Shown: positions 36,852 to 49,308 of the stretch, one piece after another
Position numbering within the stretch: position 1 is the stretch's first letter
Layout: the number at the start of each line of letters is the position of its first letter
Assembly (NCBI GenBank): GCA_030390025.1
Contig: CM059431.1
Location: 112,346,001 to 112,410,000, forward strand
From: Squalus acanthias
Taxonomy: Eukaryota
Length of the DNA: 64,000 bases
Reading direction: 5' to 3'
Notes under the pieces: model-generated
The model's input: the letters and a program-made list of their open reading frames with translations, nothing else
Told to the model about the DNA's origin: nothing
Database searches by the model: none
Translations under genes and position numbers: made by a program

Positions 36852-37323
36852 CAGCCGTGGCTCAGTGGGTAACACCCTCACCTGTGAGTCAGAAGGTTAG
36901 GGGTTCAGGCCCCACCCCAGAGACTTGAGCCCAAAAATCTGGGCTGATGCTCCAGTGCAGTACTGAGGGAGCGCTGCACTGTCGGAGGTGCCATCTTTCG
37001 GGTGAAACGTAAAACCGAGGCCCTGTCTACTCTCTCAATTGGATGTAAAAGATCCCATGGCACTATTTCGAAGAAGAGCAGGGAAGTTATCCCTGGTGTC
37101 CTAGTCAATATTTATCCCTCAACCGACATCACTAAAACAGATTATCTGGTCATTATCACATTGCTGTTTGTGGGAGCTTGCTGTGTGCAAATTGGCTGTC
37201 GCATTTCCTACATTACAACAGTGACTACACTTCAAAAAAAAGTACTTCATTGGCAGTAAAGCGCTTTGGGACGTCCGGTGGTCGTGAAAGGCGCTATATA
37301 TAAATGCAAGTCTTTCTTTCTTT
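36852..37323 (+). mobile_element. Deu-domain SINE, full length
   Basis: Collinear with 5409-5845; ends GCAAGTCTTTCTTTCTTT. Confidence 0.88.
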
Positions 37324-37439
37324 ATCTGTACAGGGAAGTCTGATCAAAATTTAATTATTTAACTTCTATTTAAAAAGTATTTTTAAAAAATCAAATGTGT
37401 TGCACAAACAGAGCAGTTGTCAGGGACGATTGGTTTATG

Positions 37440-37830
37440 CAAAATAAGCAAACTTGGAATGTGGACGCCGTAATTCCCTCATGTCTGAGGCGCTCATGGG
37501 CTGTGCCATTTGGTGACTTATTTTGCAGAAACCACTGGTCTATACATAGTGGTGTGCTGAAAATATTAATCAGAAATATTCCTAGGTCATATTTCGGAAT
37601 GCTAACAACCAAGCGGCTGATTCCTGAAATGTACCTGGAAGGTCCTTGTGGCTTCAACGTTGACGGCACTGGTGAGCTGCATTGCCACTGCTGGTGCACG
37701 ATAGATGGTTGACTGTCCCCGCAGGTCTTGGTGGCGCAGCTGGTAGACCTCAGACACAGCCTCCTTGGTCACCCTGAGTACTCCTCCATCATGCCCAGGT
37801 AGCTGACTCTGTTAGAGTACACTCACTACC
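37440..37830 (-). pseudogene. Decayed Harbinger transposase N-terminal fragment
   Basis: Minus strand reads VYSNRVSYLGMME..LRVTKEAVSEVYQLRHQDLRGQS..VAMQLTSAVNVEATRTFQ, aligning with VYREQLSYIHMSE..LRFSKEVVTELCHLLQPDLQPQ..VAVKVTVALNFYATGSFQ of 53287-54447. Confidence 0.7.
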
Positions 37831-38307
37831 TTGGATGGGACTTGCTACTAGCCGTGCATTTCCTATGGACCCCGTGGTCCGAGATTGTGGCCTAGAAATT
37901 GGGCCGTGACCATTTCTGGGCTCACGGGGAGGCATGGTTTGCACCCCTCCCGCCTGAATGGTGAGGCCCGAGGCTCCCCAACTATTGGGCTTAATTTTCA
38001 ATGTTGCCGGCGAAGCATCAAGAGTCCCCTGGTGAAGAGGACTCCAAGTTTAGGTTGCTGCTAGCATCGCAGCAGCCCTCAGGCAAGTGTCGTCGGGGAT
38101 CAAGGCCTGGGTCAGGGATTTGGGTGGGGGATTGAGGCCTGGGATAGGGATTGGAATGGAGGCATGGGTCCGAGAACGGGGCCTGGGTCAGCGATCGGGA
38201 TGGGGGCATTGGTTGGGTGTCGGGGCCTGGTTCGGGATTCGGGGTCAGTGTCGGGGATCATGGCGGTCAGGTTGGGAGCAGAGGGGAGATCGGATCGGTA
38301 TTTTCAA

Positions 38308-38557
38308 TGCTCCGCCATTGATGGCCGTTCCATTCAGCTGCCTAGCCCTAAGCTCTGGAATTCCCTCCCTAAACCTCTCTACCTCTGTCTCCTCCTTTAA
38401 GACGCTCCTTAAAACCTACTTCTTTGACCAAGCTTTTGCTCACCTGCCCTAATGTCTCCTTATCTGGTTTGGTGTCCATAACGCTTCTGTGAAGCTCCCT
38501 GGGACATTTTACTAAGTTAAAGGCGCTATATAAATGTAAGTTGTTGTTGTTGTTGTT
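38308..38557 (+). mobile_element. L2 3' end
   Basis: CTCTGGAATTCCCTCCCT..TTTAAGACGCTCCTTAAAACCTAC (LWNSLP..FKTLLKTY); GGCGCTATATAAATG..(TTG)n. Confidence 0.85.
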
Positions 38558-40832
38558 GAAATTCAGAGTACATCATTGAGGTGGACAGTCTTAATGGTTT
38601 CAAGAGTTAATTAAATGCATTTCTGGAACGATTTAGGGATATGGTGAGAGGGTGGGTAGCTGGGGTTTACCTATGAAAAAAGGGTAGTCTTGTTGGTCTT
38701 AATGATTCTTCTGTTCATTATAAAGGGCCACAAGATTACAAGTGATCCTTATAGTTTCTATAGAAAAGCATGATTTCATTTGAAACCAGAGGTGACCTCT
38801 AAATGTAGGTCATGTGCAAACTATTTTAAAGTGTTATTTTTAAATCACACTTTACCCATCCATTTAACATTCATTAAACACTCATCCCAAGAGGATTTCT
38901 ACCAGATGTTCCAGCAGCTGTATTCTTGCACTTCTTCCATTACATTGATGGCTAGTGAGGAGCAAGAACATAATTGTTTACAGAGAATCCAGTCCCATTA
39001 CCCACTCTGCACCAACCTACCCTACATATGTTTATGAAAATGGTGATAGTCTTGAATGGCCCTTAAGTATGGTGAAAAGACATGCTGATGTTCATGTTCT
39101 CCATTAAGAGATTGCAGCTGTATCCAGTAATCCTATTAGAAATTGTGTGCGGCCTTTATAGATTAACAAATTGGGTCAGTTCACTCCTAAAATCATTTCA
39201 TTAAGCTTCATTTCATTAACTCTAGTACACCTGCAGAGAATAGGGATTATCATTGATGAAGTGCTGGAGATGTCTCTTGCAGGCTGGAAGACTGCTGCTG
39301 ATATATATGTTGAGAATAAGGGAAAATTAAAGAATTCATAGGCAAGTGTTAGGTGAGATAGTTATATCAAAAATGTAATTACTACTGAATCCTGTTTTCT
39401 TACTTGCAGGTTATCATCCTTCATGAACTGACAGTTTTGATGTTGCTATTACGAACTAAATGTACCAATATGAAAAAACTAGATGAATTTGCTCTTATCA
39501 TTATCCCGAGATTGGAAATTTGCCATTAGTGACATCATGAACCTTGAGCTACCAAGAACATTGAACAGATTTGATTGACAAGCTTATTAGACTGTGCTAT
39601 ATTTTATTAGTATTTCCTAGCACATCTGTTGCTCCACATAGACATTGTCCTAATAAATGCATTAAGTACACAAGCATTCCTTGCTTTCTTTCTTCCTTTG
39701 TTGGTCTATAAATTGAACAGCTGACAGGATGCACATTTATTTTGAGGGAATAGTGTATGAAAGAAAGAACTTGCAATTATATCGCTGTTTATGCACTTTC
39801 TCCAGGCATTCTGCTGAAGTTATAGCAGGAGAACCTCCCCTGGAAATTCCAGGTGAGATACACTGGGGCCAATTTTCTGAATGCATGCCTCTGTTGTGTG
39901 TCAAGCAATCTCCTTTCTCCTCTGGTACACAACGCGTTTCGAGTAAGCACGAGACTTCGTAGTGGAGTATACGGACCAGACTTTATTGATACACAGAAAG
40001 GTGATCGCCCTTTAACTGTATACAGAGAGTGACTTTACTGGTTTCTGTATCTTTTGAGTACACTCTGAGATACTGTTGAAAACCATGAGAATTATACACC
40101 ATATTTTAACCACATCAAAGGAAAATGTCGAAATGAAGTATCTATTTCCCAAATCCCCTGCAAACAGACTATCTATAAAACCAGTTTGCAATTGTTTACC
40201 TCAGAAACATTTCCCCAACACGAGACTTCCTGACGTAACATTTTCGAGCATCTTTGACCAATTGTTATCTGTATCTAATGGATACCTACTTCCCATGTTT
40301 ATTACCTTAAAACTAAACATTAACCATTCATGGGTGATGTCATTACTAACACTTATTCCCTCACACAAGCACTTTACATTTCAGAAAACAAGCAATGCCT
40401 TCTCCTCGGACACTCCCAATGTCATCCTGTTTATATCGGAAAGCCTGACAATGCATTCCTTTTACGACACTTCAATATCATCCTGTTGCTTTAAGATACT
40501 GTTAAACTTTGGACTGCCTAAAATGTGGAGGTTCATCTGCTAGAAGCATTTATTGTGAAATCACAGGTGTTCTCCCATCAGGTGACTCTCTGTGCTGGAA
40601 GCATGCATTCAGGAAATCTGCTCTACTGTGTGTTATGTAATACCTGATATAAATCCCAATTCTTTGTAAAGTTTAGAGAAAATTAGATACAGTATTGTGC
40701 CAAGTCACGATTAGGTAAAGAATTATAAGTCTGCAGAGAAGGGATGATGATAGTCTTACAATATGCTAATACAGTGGAGCCGTAAAACATTTGTCTATTT
40801 CATCATTTTAATTGACAAAAGTTTTTGGTCTT

Positions 40833-41032
40833 AACCAACATCACTAAAAAAACAGATTATCTGGTCATTATCACATTGCTGTTTGTGGGAGCTTGCTGTG
40901 TGCAAAATTGGCTGTCGCGTTTCCTACATTACAACAGTGACTACACTTCAAAAGTGCTTCATTGACTGTAAAGCGCTTTGGGATGTCCTGAGGTTGTGAA
41001 AGGCGCTATATAAATGCAAGTCTTTCTTTTTT
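40833..41032 (+). mobile_element. Deu-domain SINE, 3' half
   Basis: Matches 37120-37323. Confidence 0.85.
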
Positions 41033-41129
41033 CAATCCCACGCCACACACGCAGACCACCACACAGCCACCAGGGTTCAAATATTTTAAATGTGTGCGTA
41101 ATATATATATTTGGTAACGCAACTCCATA

Positions 41130-42450
41130 GCTGGATAAATACAGATTGAATTGTCTAATAGTATATGGTTCTCGATAAAGTGGACAATGATGGTGACTCA
41201 GGGGAGGGTAGCCAGAAGCAATGCCATAGTGAGAGACAGATAAGGTATGTGCGCATGTGGTTTGAGAGTTGGTGTAAGAGGGATGGGTTCAGATTTTTCT
41301 GACATTTGGACTATTTCTGGGAAAGGAGGGATGGGCTTCACCTAAACCAATCTGTATACGAATCTCCTTGCAAAGAGAGTAAATAGAGCAGGAGGGGGTG
41401 GGGGGTTGAATTTAATCTGGTGTGGCGCAGGAGGAGAAATGAAAGGCTTTATTGCGGAAATAATGCTGAATATTGGAACAAGACATGATAGGGAGCACAG
41501 AAAGCACAGAGCAGAGGAATGAATGGTGAAAGGCAACGTAAGTGTAGACAAGATAACAACTAACAAGGAGTTGCAGAGTTGGAATCGGACTGTAAGAGGG
41601 AGAATAGCACTGAAGGACATACTGAGCTGAGGTATAGGGATAAGGGATCCCTCAAAAGTCTATACCTATCAAAATCCAGCAGGGAGCTTATGACATTATG
41701 GGATTCAGAGACTTGGCTTTTCTACAATCTCTTGTGTATTTTGAGCTTTAAAGACTTCCAGTATTTCACCTTCTTACTACTGCTGGTGCTGCAGAAATGT
41801 CCCTGCTGCTGAAAACTGCTGCCCCGTTTCACTCCTGAGCTTCCGCCTCTCTCCTTTAAGGTGCTGCTACAGCTTCATGATGATTGGCTGGATTGGTTAG
41901 ATTTTCCATCCTCTCAATTGGTTAGTTACGTATAGGCAGCGTGATTACCACTGGCAGCTCACCCAGTCAATGTAAATCAGGCCCGATCACGGAAATTGAT
42001 CGGACCTCCCAATTTGCATTCCACCTGACATCAACCCAGCAGATTGCTCTGCAAGGATAACAAGCCTAACCCAGGAAAAGGGGTGGATCTTTATGATAAA
42101 AAGGACTATTGATAAAGGATGCAGACAGATCGGGATTGGATACAGATGAGGTGGAAGTGTTGTGAACAGGGTTAAATGATATCAAAGGGAAGTCTATTTA
42201 TAGACTATCAAGGGAAGAAGAAACATTAGACCTGCAATTTTATACTTAAGTAAGGGAAATAAGTGGGCGATCAAACATAGTTGTCTTGGGAGACTTCAAT
42301 TTACCAGGGATGAGGTGGGAGGATTATTATGCGAGTAACAGGAAAGTAAGCATATTTCTGGATATGATAATGGATTGTTAATGACCCAAATAATTAAAGA
42401 ACCTACAAGAATAGAGGCAACATTAGACCTAGTGCTGTGTAATAACACAC
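41130..42450 (+). mobile_element. Heavily decayed CR1 ORF1/endonuclease remnants, interrupted
   Basis: TGGTGTAAGAGGGATGGGTTCAGATTT (WCKRDGFRF) near 41270; GGAGACTTCAAT (GDFN) near 42290; TTAGACCTAGTG (LDLV) near 42423. Confidence 0.55.
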
Positions 42451-43289
42451 AATTTTCTGTCCATTTAAATGAATGGACAAAAAGTCGGACAGCTTGTGGA
42501 ATGGATGCGAGATAAATGCATCTAATATTCTGATACCTGCTCCTAGCACATACTGATCTGCATTGGGAGCACAAAAACAGAAAATTACCTCTCTTATTCC
42601 GAATGATTCTAGCATTCGTGTATATGCACCCTCTTGTAGATTTGCCTCCAATATATAGGTACCTGGTTTCAATGTATCTCTGAATTACTCTGAAGACGGA
42701 ATCATGTCAGTAGTATAATTATAATTGTGATCCAAACTTTCTAATTGTCACAATTGGGTCTCAACTTCTTGCTGCTTTGTTTTACCATATTAGTACAAAT
42801 GAGCACTTTTAATTGGAAAATAATTGCAAGGAGTTCTTCTAAGATTGCTCATCAGTAATCTAATTAGGTTGAATATCAGACAGGGAACTATGGGGAAATT
42901 ATGTCAGCAGTTTATAGCTTGGACCCATTTTCCTCAGTGCATCATGGGATACAGCAAAAGGTTTCATATGTGCGAAAAATTACATTTATAAAAAAAGAAC
43001 AGGAGACTACTCTGAAATAATTACATTTGGTCTGAATCGGGTCTTTCTGAACCAGCCCAAAATGGGCAAAGTTGCACTGTGTGGTTACATAAGAACATAA
43101 GAACATAAGAAATAGGAGCAGGAGTAGGCCAATCGGTCCCTCGAGCCTGCTCCGCCATTCAATAAGATCATGGCTGATCTGATCCTAACCTCAAATCTAA
43201 AGAACACAGGAAGTAGGAGCAGGACCCGGCCACGCAGCCCCTGGGCCCGCTCCGCCATCCACAGGGCCCTGACCGATCCGAACTCAGCC

Positions 43290-46132
43290 TCATGTCCAAT
43301 TTCCTGCCCGCTCACCGTAACCCCTGATTCCCTTTACCTCTAGGAAACTATCTATTTCTGTTTTAAATTTATTTAATGATGTAGCTTCCACAGCTTCCTG
43401 GGGCAGCAAATTCCACAGACCTACTACCCTCTGAGTGAAGAAGTTTCTCCTCATCTCAGTTTTGAAAGAGCAGCCCCTTATTCTAAGATTATGCCCCCTA
43501 GTTCTAGTTTCACCCATCCTTGGGAACATCCTTACCGCATCTACCCGATCAAGCCCCTTCACAATCTTATATGTTTCAATAAGATCGCCTCTCATTCTTC
43601 TGAACTCCAATGAGTAGAGTCCCAATCTACTCAACCTCTCCTCATATGACCACCCCTCATCCCTGGGATTAACTGAGTGAACCTTCTTTGTACAGCCTCG
43701 AGAGCAAGTATGTCTTTTCTTAAGTATGGACACCAAAACTGTACGCAGTATTCCAGGTGCGGTCTCACCAATACCTTATATAACTGCAGCAATACCTCCC
43801 TGTTTTTATAATCTATCCCCCTAGCAATAAAAGCCAACATTCCATTGGCCTTCTTGATCACCTGCTGCACCTGCATACTAACTTTTTGATTTTCTTGCAC
43901 TAGGACCCCCAGATCCCTTTGTACTGCAGTACTTTCCAGTTTCTCGCCATTAAGATAATAACTTGCTCTCTGATTTTTCCTGCCAAAGTGCATAACCTCA
44001 CATTTTCCAATATTGTATTGCATCTGCCAAATCTCCGCCCACTCACCCAGCCTGTCTATATCCCCTTGTAGGTTTTTTATGTCCTCCTCACTTTCTACTT
44101 TCCCTCCCATCTTTGTATCATCTGCAAACTTTGATATGTTACACTCGGTCCCCTCCTCCAAATCGTTAATATAGATTGTAAAGAGTTGGGGACCCAGCAC
44201 CGACCCCTGCGGAACACCACTGGCTACTGGTTGCCAGTCCGAGAATGAACCATTTATCCCAACTCTCTGCTTCCTGTTAGATAACCAATCCTCCACCCAT
44301 GCCAGAATATTACCCCCAATCCAGTGAATTTTTATCTTGAGCAATAATCTTTCATGTGGCACCTTGTCGAATGCCTTCTGGAAATCTAAATACACTACGT
44401 CCACTGGTTCCCCTTTATCCACCCTGTACGTTATGTCCTCAAAGAACTCAAGCAAATTTGTCAGACATGACTTCCCCTTCATAAAGCCATGCTGACTTTG
44501 TCCTATTAAATTATGTTTATCTAAATGTTCCATTACTGTCTCCTTAATAATAGACTCCAAAATTTTACCCACCACAGATGTTAGGCTAACTGGTCTATAA
44601 TTTCCAGCCTTCTGCCTACTACCCTTTTTAAATAAGGGTGTTACATTAGCAGTTTTCCAATCTGCCGGGACCTTTGCTGAGTCCAGGGAATTTTGGAAAA
44701 TTATTACCAAAGCATCCACAATCCCTACTGCCACTTCCCTCAAGACCCTAGGATGTAAGCCATCAGGTCCAGGGGATTTATCCACCTTGAGTCCCATTAT
44801 TTTACTGAGTACCAATTCCTTAGTGATTTTAATCGTATTTATCTCCTCCCCCCCCCTAGAGCCCCCTGTTTGTCCAGTGTTGGGATATTCTTAGTGTCCT
44901 CTACCGTAAAGACTGAAACAAAATATTTGTTCAGCATTTTTGCCATCTCCATGTTTCCCACCATTAATTTCCCGGTCTCATCCTCTAAGGGACCTACGTT
45001 TGCCTTAGCCACCCTTTTTCTTTTTATATAACTATAGAAACTCTTGCTATCTGTTTTTATATTTTTTGCTAATTTATTTTCATAATCTATCTTCCCTTTC
45101 TTAATCAATCCTTTAGTTACTTTTTGCTGTCTTTTGAAGACTTCCCAATCTTCTATCCTCCCTTGGCTACCTTATATGTCCTTGTTTTTAGTTGGGTACT
45201 ATCCTTAATTTCTTTACTTAGCCATGGATGGCTGTCATTTCTTTTACACCCTTTTTTCCTCAGTGGAATATATTTCTTTTGAAAGTTGTAAAATAACTCC
45301 TTAAATGAACACCACTGCTCATGTACCGTCTTACCCTTTAATCTATTTTCCCAGTCCACTTTAATCAATTCTGCTCTCATACCATCACCTTTATTCAAGC
45401 TCAGTACGCTTGTTTGAGAACCAACCGTCTCACCCTCTAATTGGATATGGAATTCAACCATGTTATGGTCACTCATTCCAAGGGGATCCTTAACTAGGAC
45501 ATTATTAATTAATCCTGACTCATTACACAGGACCAGGTCCAAGGTTGCTTGCCCCCTTGTAGGATCAGTTACATACTGCTCAAGAAATCCATCCCTAATA
45601 CACTCAATAAACTCTTCCTCAAGGCTGCCCTGCCCAATTTGATTTGTCCAGTTAATATGATAGTTAAAATCCCCCATAATTATAGCTGTTCCCTTATTAC
45701 ATGCCCCAACTATTTCCTGATTAATACTTCTTCCAGCAGAGTTGCAACTATTAGGAGGCCTATATACTACTCCCACTAGTGTTTTTTACCCTTATTATTC
45801 CTTATCTCCACCCAAACTGTTTCATTATCCTGATCCTTTGACCCAATATCATTTCTCTGTATTACAGTGATTCCTTCCTTTATTAACATAGCCACCCCAC
45901 CTCCCCTTCCTTCCTGCCTGTCCTTCCTGATTGTTAAATACCCTGGCATATTTAGTTCCCAGTCGTTGTCACCCTGCAGCCATGTTTCTGTAATGGCCAC
46001 AAGATCATACCCATACGTAGTTATTTGTGCCGTTAACTCGTCCATTTTGTTACGAATGCTACGTGCATTCAGATAAAGAACTTTCAAATATGTTTTGTGA
46101 CACTTAGTTCCTGCTTTTTCCTTTTTTAACAC
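43290..46132 (-). pseudogene. CR1 ORF2 (APE endonuclease plus reverse transcriptase) in at least five frame segments
   Basis: YLNARSIRNK, AITETWL, MGDFN, SDHN; NYRPVSLTS, LDFQKAFD, GVPQGSVLGP, FADD. Confidence 0.93.
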
Positions 46133-46215
46133 TTTATCTTTTACTCCATACCTTCTGTCCCTTCCTGACGCGCTTTCCTCTGTCTCCCTGCTCAGGTGCC
46201 CAACCCCCTGCCACT

Positions 46216-47166
46216 TCAGTTTAAACCCTCCCCAACAGCACTAGCAAACACTCCCCCTAGGACAGCGGTCCCGGCCCTGCCCAGGTGCAGACCGTCCGGT
46301 TTGTACTGGTCCCACCTCCCCCAGAACCGGTTCCAATGTCCCAGGAATTTGAATCCCTCCCTCTTGCACCATTCCTCTAGCCACATATTCATTTGAAATA
46401 TCCTTCTATTTCTACTCTGACTAGCACGTCGCACTGGTAGCAATCCTGAGATTACTACCTTTGAGGTCCTATTTTTTAATTTACCTCCTAACTCCCTATA
46501 TTCTGCTTTTAGGACCTCATCCCCTTTTTTACCTATATCGTTGGTGCCTATGTGCACCACGACAGCTGGCTGTTCGCCCTCCCCCTCCAAAATGTTCTGT
46601 AGCCGCTCCGAGACGTCCTTGACCCTTGCACCAGGGAGGCAACACACCATCCTGGAGTCTCGATTGCGGCCGCAGAAACGCCTATCTATTCCCCTTACAA
46701 TTGAGTCCCCTATCACTATAGCTCTTCCACTCTTTTTCCTCCCAGCCTGTGCAGCAGAGCCACCCATGGTGCCAGGAAGTTGGCTGCTGCTGCCTTCCCC
46801 TGATAAGTCATCCCCCCCAACAGTATTCAAAGTGGTATATCTGTTTGAGAGGGGGATGTCCACAGGGGACCCCTGCACTACCTGCCTGCACCTCTTACTC
46901 TGCCTGGTGGTCACCCATTTACTTCCTGCCTGTTCACCCTTTGCCTGCGGTGTGACCAACTCGCTAAACGTGCTATTCACGAGGTTCTCAGCATCGCGAA
47001 TGCTCCAATATGCATCCAATCGCAGCTCCAGCGCCGTAATGTGGTCTGCCAGTAGCTGTAGCTGGATACACTTCCCGCACACATGGTTGTCAAGGACACC
47101 AGAAGGGTCCCTGATTTCCCACATAGCACAGGAGGAGCATACCACGGGGCCGAGCTCTCCTGCCAT
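46216..47166 (-). CDS. CR1 ORF1 (zinc finger/leucine zipper plus SGNH esterase-like domain), 316 aa
   Basis: CSSCAMW..CGKC; VIGDSIVR; CLPGARV; HIGTND; DGLHL. Confidence 0.9.
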   Translation of the reverse strand: MAGELGPVVCSSCAMWEIRDPSGVLDNHVCGKCIQLQLLADHITALELRLDAYWSIRDAENLVNSTFSELVTPQAKGEQAGSKWVTTRQSKRCRQVVQGSPVDIPLSNRYTTLNTVGGDDLSGEGSSSQLPGTMGGSAAQAGRKKSGRAIVIGDSIVRGIDRRFCGRNRDSRMVCCLPGARVKDVSERLQNILEGEGEQPAVVVHIGTNDIGKKGDEVLKAEYRELGGKLKNRTSKVVISGLLPVRRASQSRNRRIFQMNMWLEEWCKREGFKFLGHWNRFWGRWDQYKPDGLHLGRAGTAVLGGVFASAVGEGLN

Positions 47167-47557
47167 GACTTACCCTTTAATTAATTCAAATTAAATTAAA
47201 ACAAATCAATCCCACCAATTGCACTACAGTTAAATGATATACTTAAGGGCCCTGGTTTACCAACAGTCCCCGCTACACCACAGAGAGCTTAGAAACTATA
47301 AACCACAGAGTTTAAGTTTAAAAAGAGAGAAATACTCACCAACCAATCACTTACCTGCTTTCTGGTGACGTCACACTTCGATTACTTTTTACTTCTCTCC
47401 CTCCGAGCTCGGAGATTGGTAAGCCTACCTGGTCTCTGCCGCCTCTTAAACCTCGCCGCCGCCGCCTGGTTCCCCACAGGTCCGCCACCGCTCTGAGGCC
47501 TACCTGGTCTCTACCGCCTGGTTCTATTGCTGTTGGTTATGCCGTACTTTCCTGGAA

Positions 47558-48292
47558 CGTAGGAATATTAGGAACAGGAGGAGGCCATTCAGCCCCTTGA
47601 GCCCACTCTGCCATTCAATTAGATCATGGCTGATCTGCATATTAACTCCATTTACCCGGCTTTACTCCTTCTCACTTAATACCCTTACCTAACAAAAACC
47701 TATCTATCTCAGTCTGAAAGCTTGAATTGTCGCTGCAGCTACAGCCTTTTGGGGGAGAGAGTTCCAGATTTCTACTACCCTTTCTGTAAAAAAAATGCTT
47801 CCTGATTTTGCTCCTGAATGGCCTGGCTCTAATTTTAAGATTATGTCCCCTTATTATTGATTCCTCCACCAAAGGAAATAGTTTCTCCATATCTACCCTG
47901 TATGTAGAGGCAGAAACTCTCACCACATTCAAAAAGAACTTGGATGTACACTTGAAGTGCCGTGGCCTACAAGGCTAGGGACCAAGAGCTGGCAGGTGGG
48001 ATTAGGCTGGATAGCTCTTTGTCGACCGACGCAGACACGATGGGCCAATTGGCCTCCTTCCGTGCTGTAAATTTCTATGATTCTACCCTATTAAATCCTT
48101 TTAATTTTTTTAAGACTTTGAACAGATCACCCCTCAATCTCCTATACTCAAGGGAAATACAAGCCAAGTCTATGCAACCTGTCCTCAGAATTTAACCCTT
48201 TAAGCCCCGATATCATTCTGCTGAACCTGTGCTGCACCCCCTCCAAGGCCAATACATCCTTTCTGAGCTGTGGTGCCCAAAACTGAACGCCA
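47558..48292 (-). mobile_element. CR1 3' fragment containing a second CR1 tail (47900-48081, + strand)
   Basis: CR1 C-terminal peptides; inner insert flanked by TCTACCCT at 47892-47899 and 48082-48089. Confidence 0.85.
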
Positions 48293-48764
48293 CATCGCCC
48301 CACTACTGCCCGCTGTTTCAGAACCTGCTGTCTCTCCGCTGTAAGATATGGACTCAAATGCCTTGATGCTCTTACCTCCAGGCTCAACTGCTCCAGGATC
48401 AGTTTACTGGACACTGTTGCCTCTCCTATTTAGCTCTTTGGCCATACCAGCTTGTTGCCTTCATCTGTAAGATAATGGGACAGAATTTTGTTACATTTGA
48501 ATTGCTTGATATCTACTAACCCGAAACCTCGTTATTACACAAAATGTTTTCCATGCAAAATGAACTTTTAGAGCAAATGTAAAGGAGTCGGTAAAAAGTA
48601 GGAAATTATTTGCGATAAAATAGAAAAAAAATGAGTGTTACATTTAGAAATGATACGTCATTATTTATTCGTACATGTACAAAATTATGCCTAATGAGTA
48701 TTACATTTTGCTGTTTCTGTGTTGTAACTAACAACTTTGTTGTAGCTCAAAACTGTTTAGGCCC

Positions 48765-49308
48765 CAGCTGTATTATTGTGTCCAGTTCTGGGCGCCACAC
48801 TTTAGGAAGGATGTCAAGGCCTTAGAGAGGATGCAGAGGAGATTTTCTGGAATGGTACCTGGGTTGCGGGACTTCAGTTACATGGAGAGACTGGAGAAGC
48901 TGGGGTTGTTCTCCTTAAAGCAGAGAAGGTTAAGGGGACACTTAATAGAGGTGTTCAAAATTATGAAGTTTTGATCGAGTAAATAAGGAGAAACTGTTTC
49001 CACTGGCAGGAGGGTCGGTAACCAACGGTCACAGATTTAAAGTAATTGGCAAAAGAACCAGAGGCAACATGAGGAGAACTTTGTTTACGCCATGAGTTAT
49101 GATCTGGAATGCACTGCCTGAAAGGGCGGTGGAAGCAGAGTCAATAATAACTTTCAAAAGGGAATGGGATAAATACATGAAGGAGAAAAAGTTGCAGGGC
49201 TATGGGGAAGAGCAGGGGAGTGGGACTAATTGGAAAGCTCTTTCAAGGAGCCGGTACAGTCATGATGGGCCAAATGGCCTCCTTCTGTGCTGTATCATTC
49301 TATGATTC
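48765..49308 (+). mobile_element. CR1 3' fragment
   Basis: Homologous to 28990-29565; ATTCTATGATTC tail. Confidence 0.88.

Larger units (their letters stand above)
43086..47525 (-). mobile_element. Near full-length CR1 LINE; ORF1 open, ORF2 broken
   Basis: GC-rich 5' UTR, ORF1, endonuclease and RT segments, stem-loop 3' UTR and (TTCTTATG)n tail. Confidence 0.95.

Noticed and set aside
39282..39530. Plus-strand acceptor-like sites (TTGCAG) at ~39281 and ~39409
   Set aside because: Following frames close quickly and encode nothing recognisable
40076..40543. 155-aa ORF
   Set aside because: Non-ATG start, AT-rich, no recognisable motif or splice context
46541..47194. 217-aa + strand ORF
   Set aside because: Antisense shadow of CR1 ORF1
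48377..48465. Minus-strand exon-like segment with good AG/GT sites
   Set aside because: Stops in all three frames; could only be non-coding
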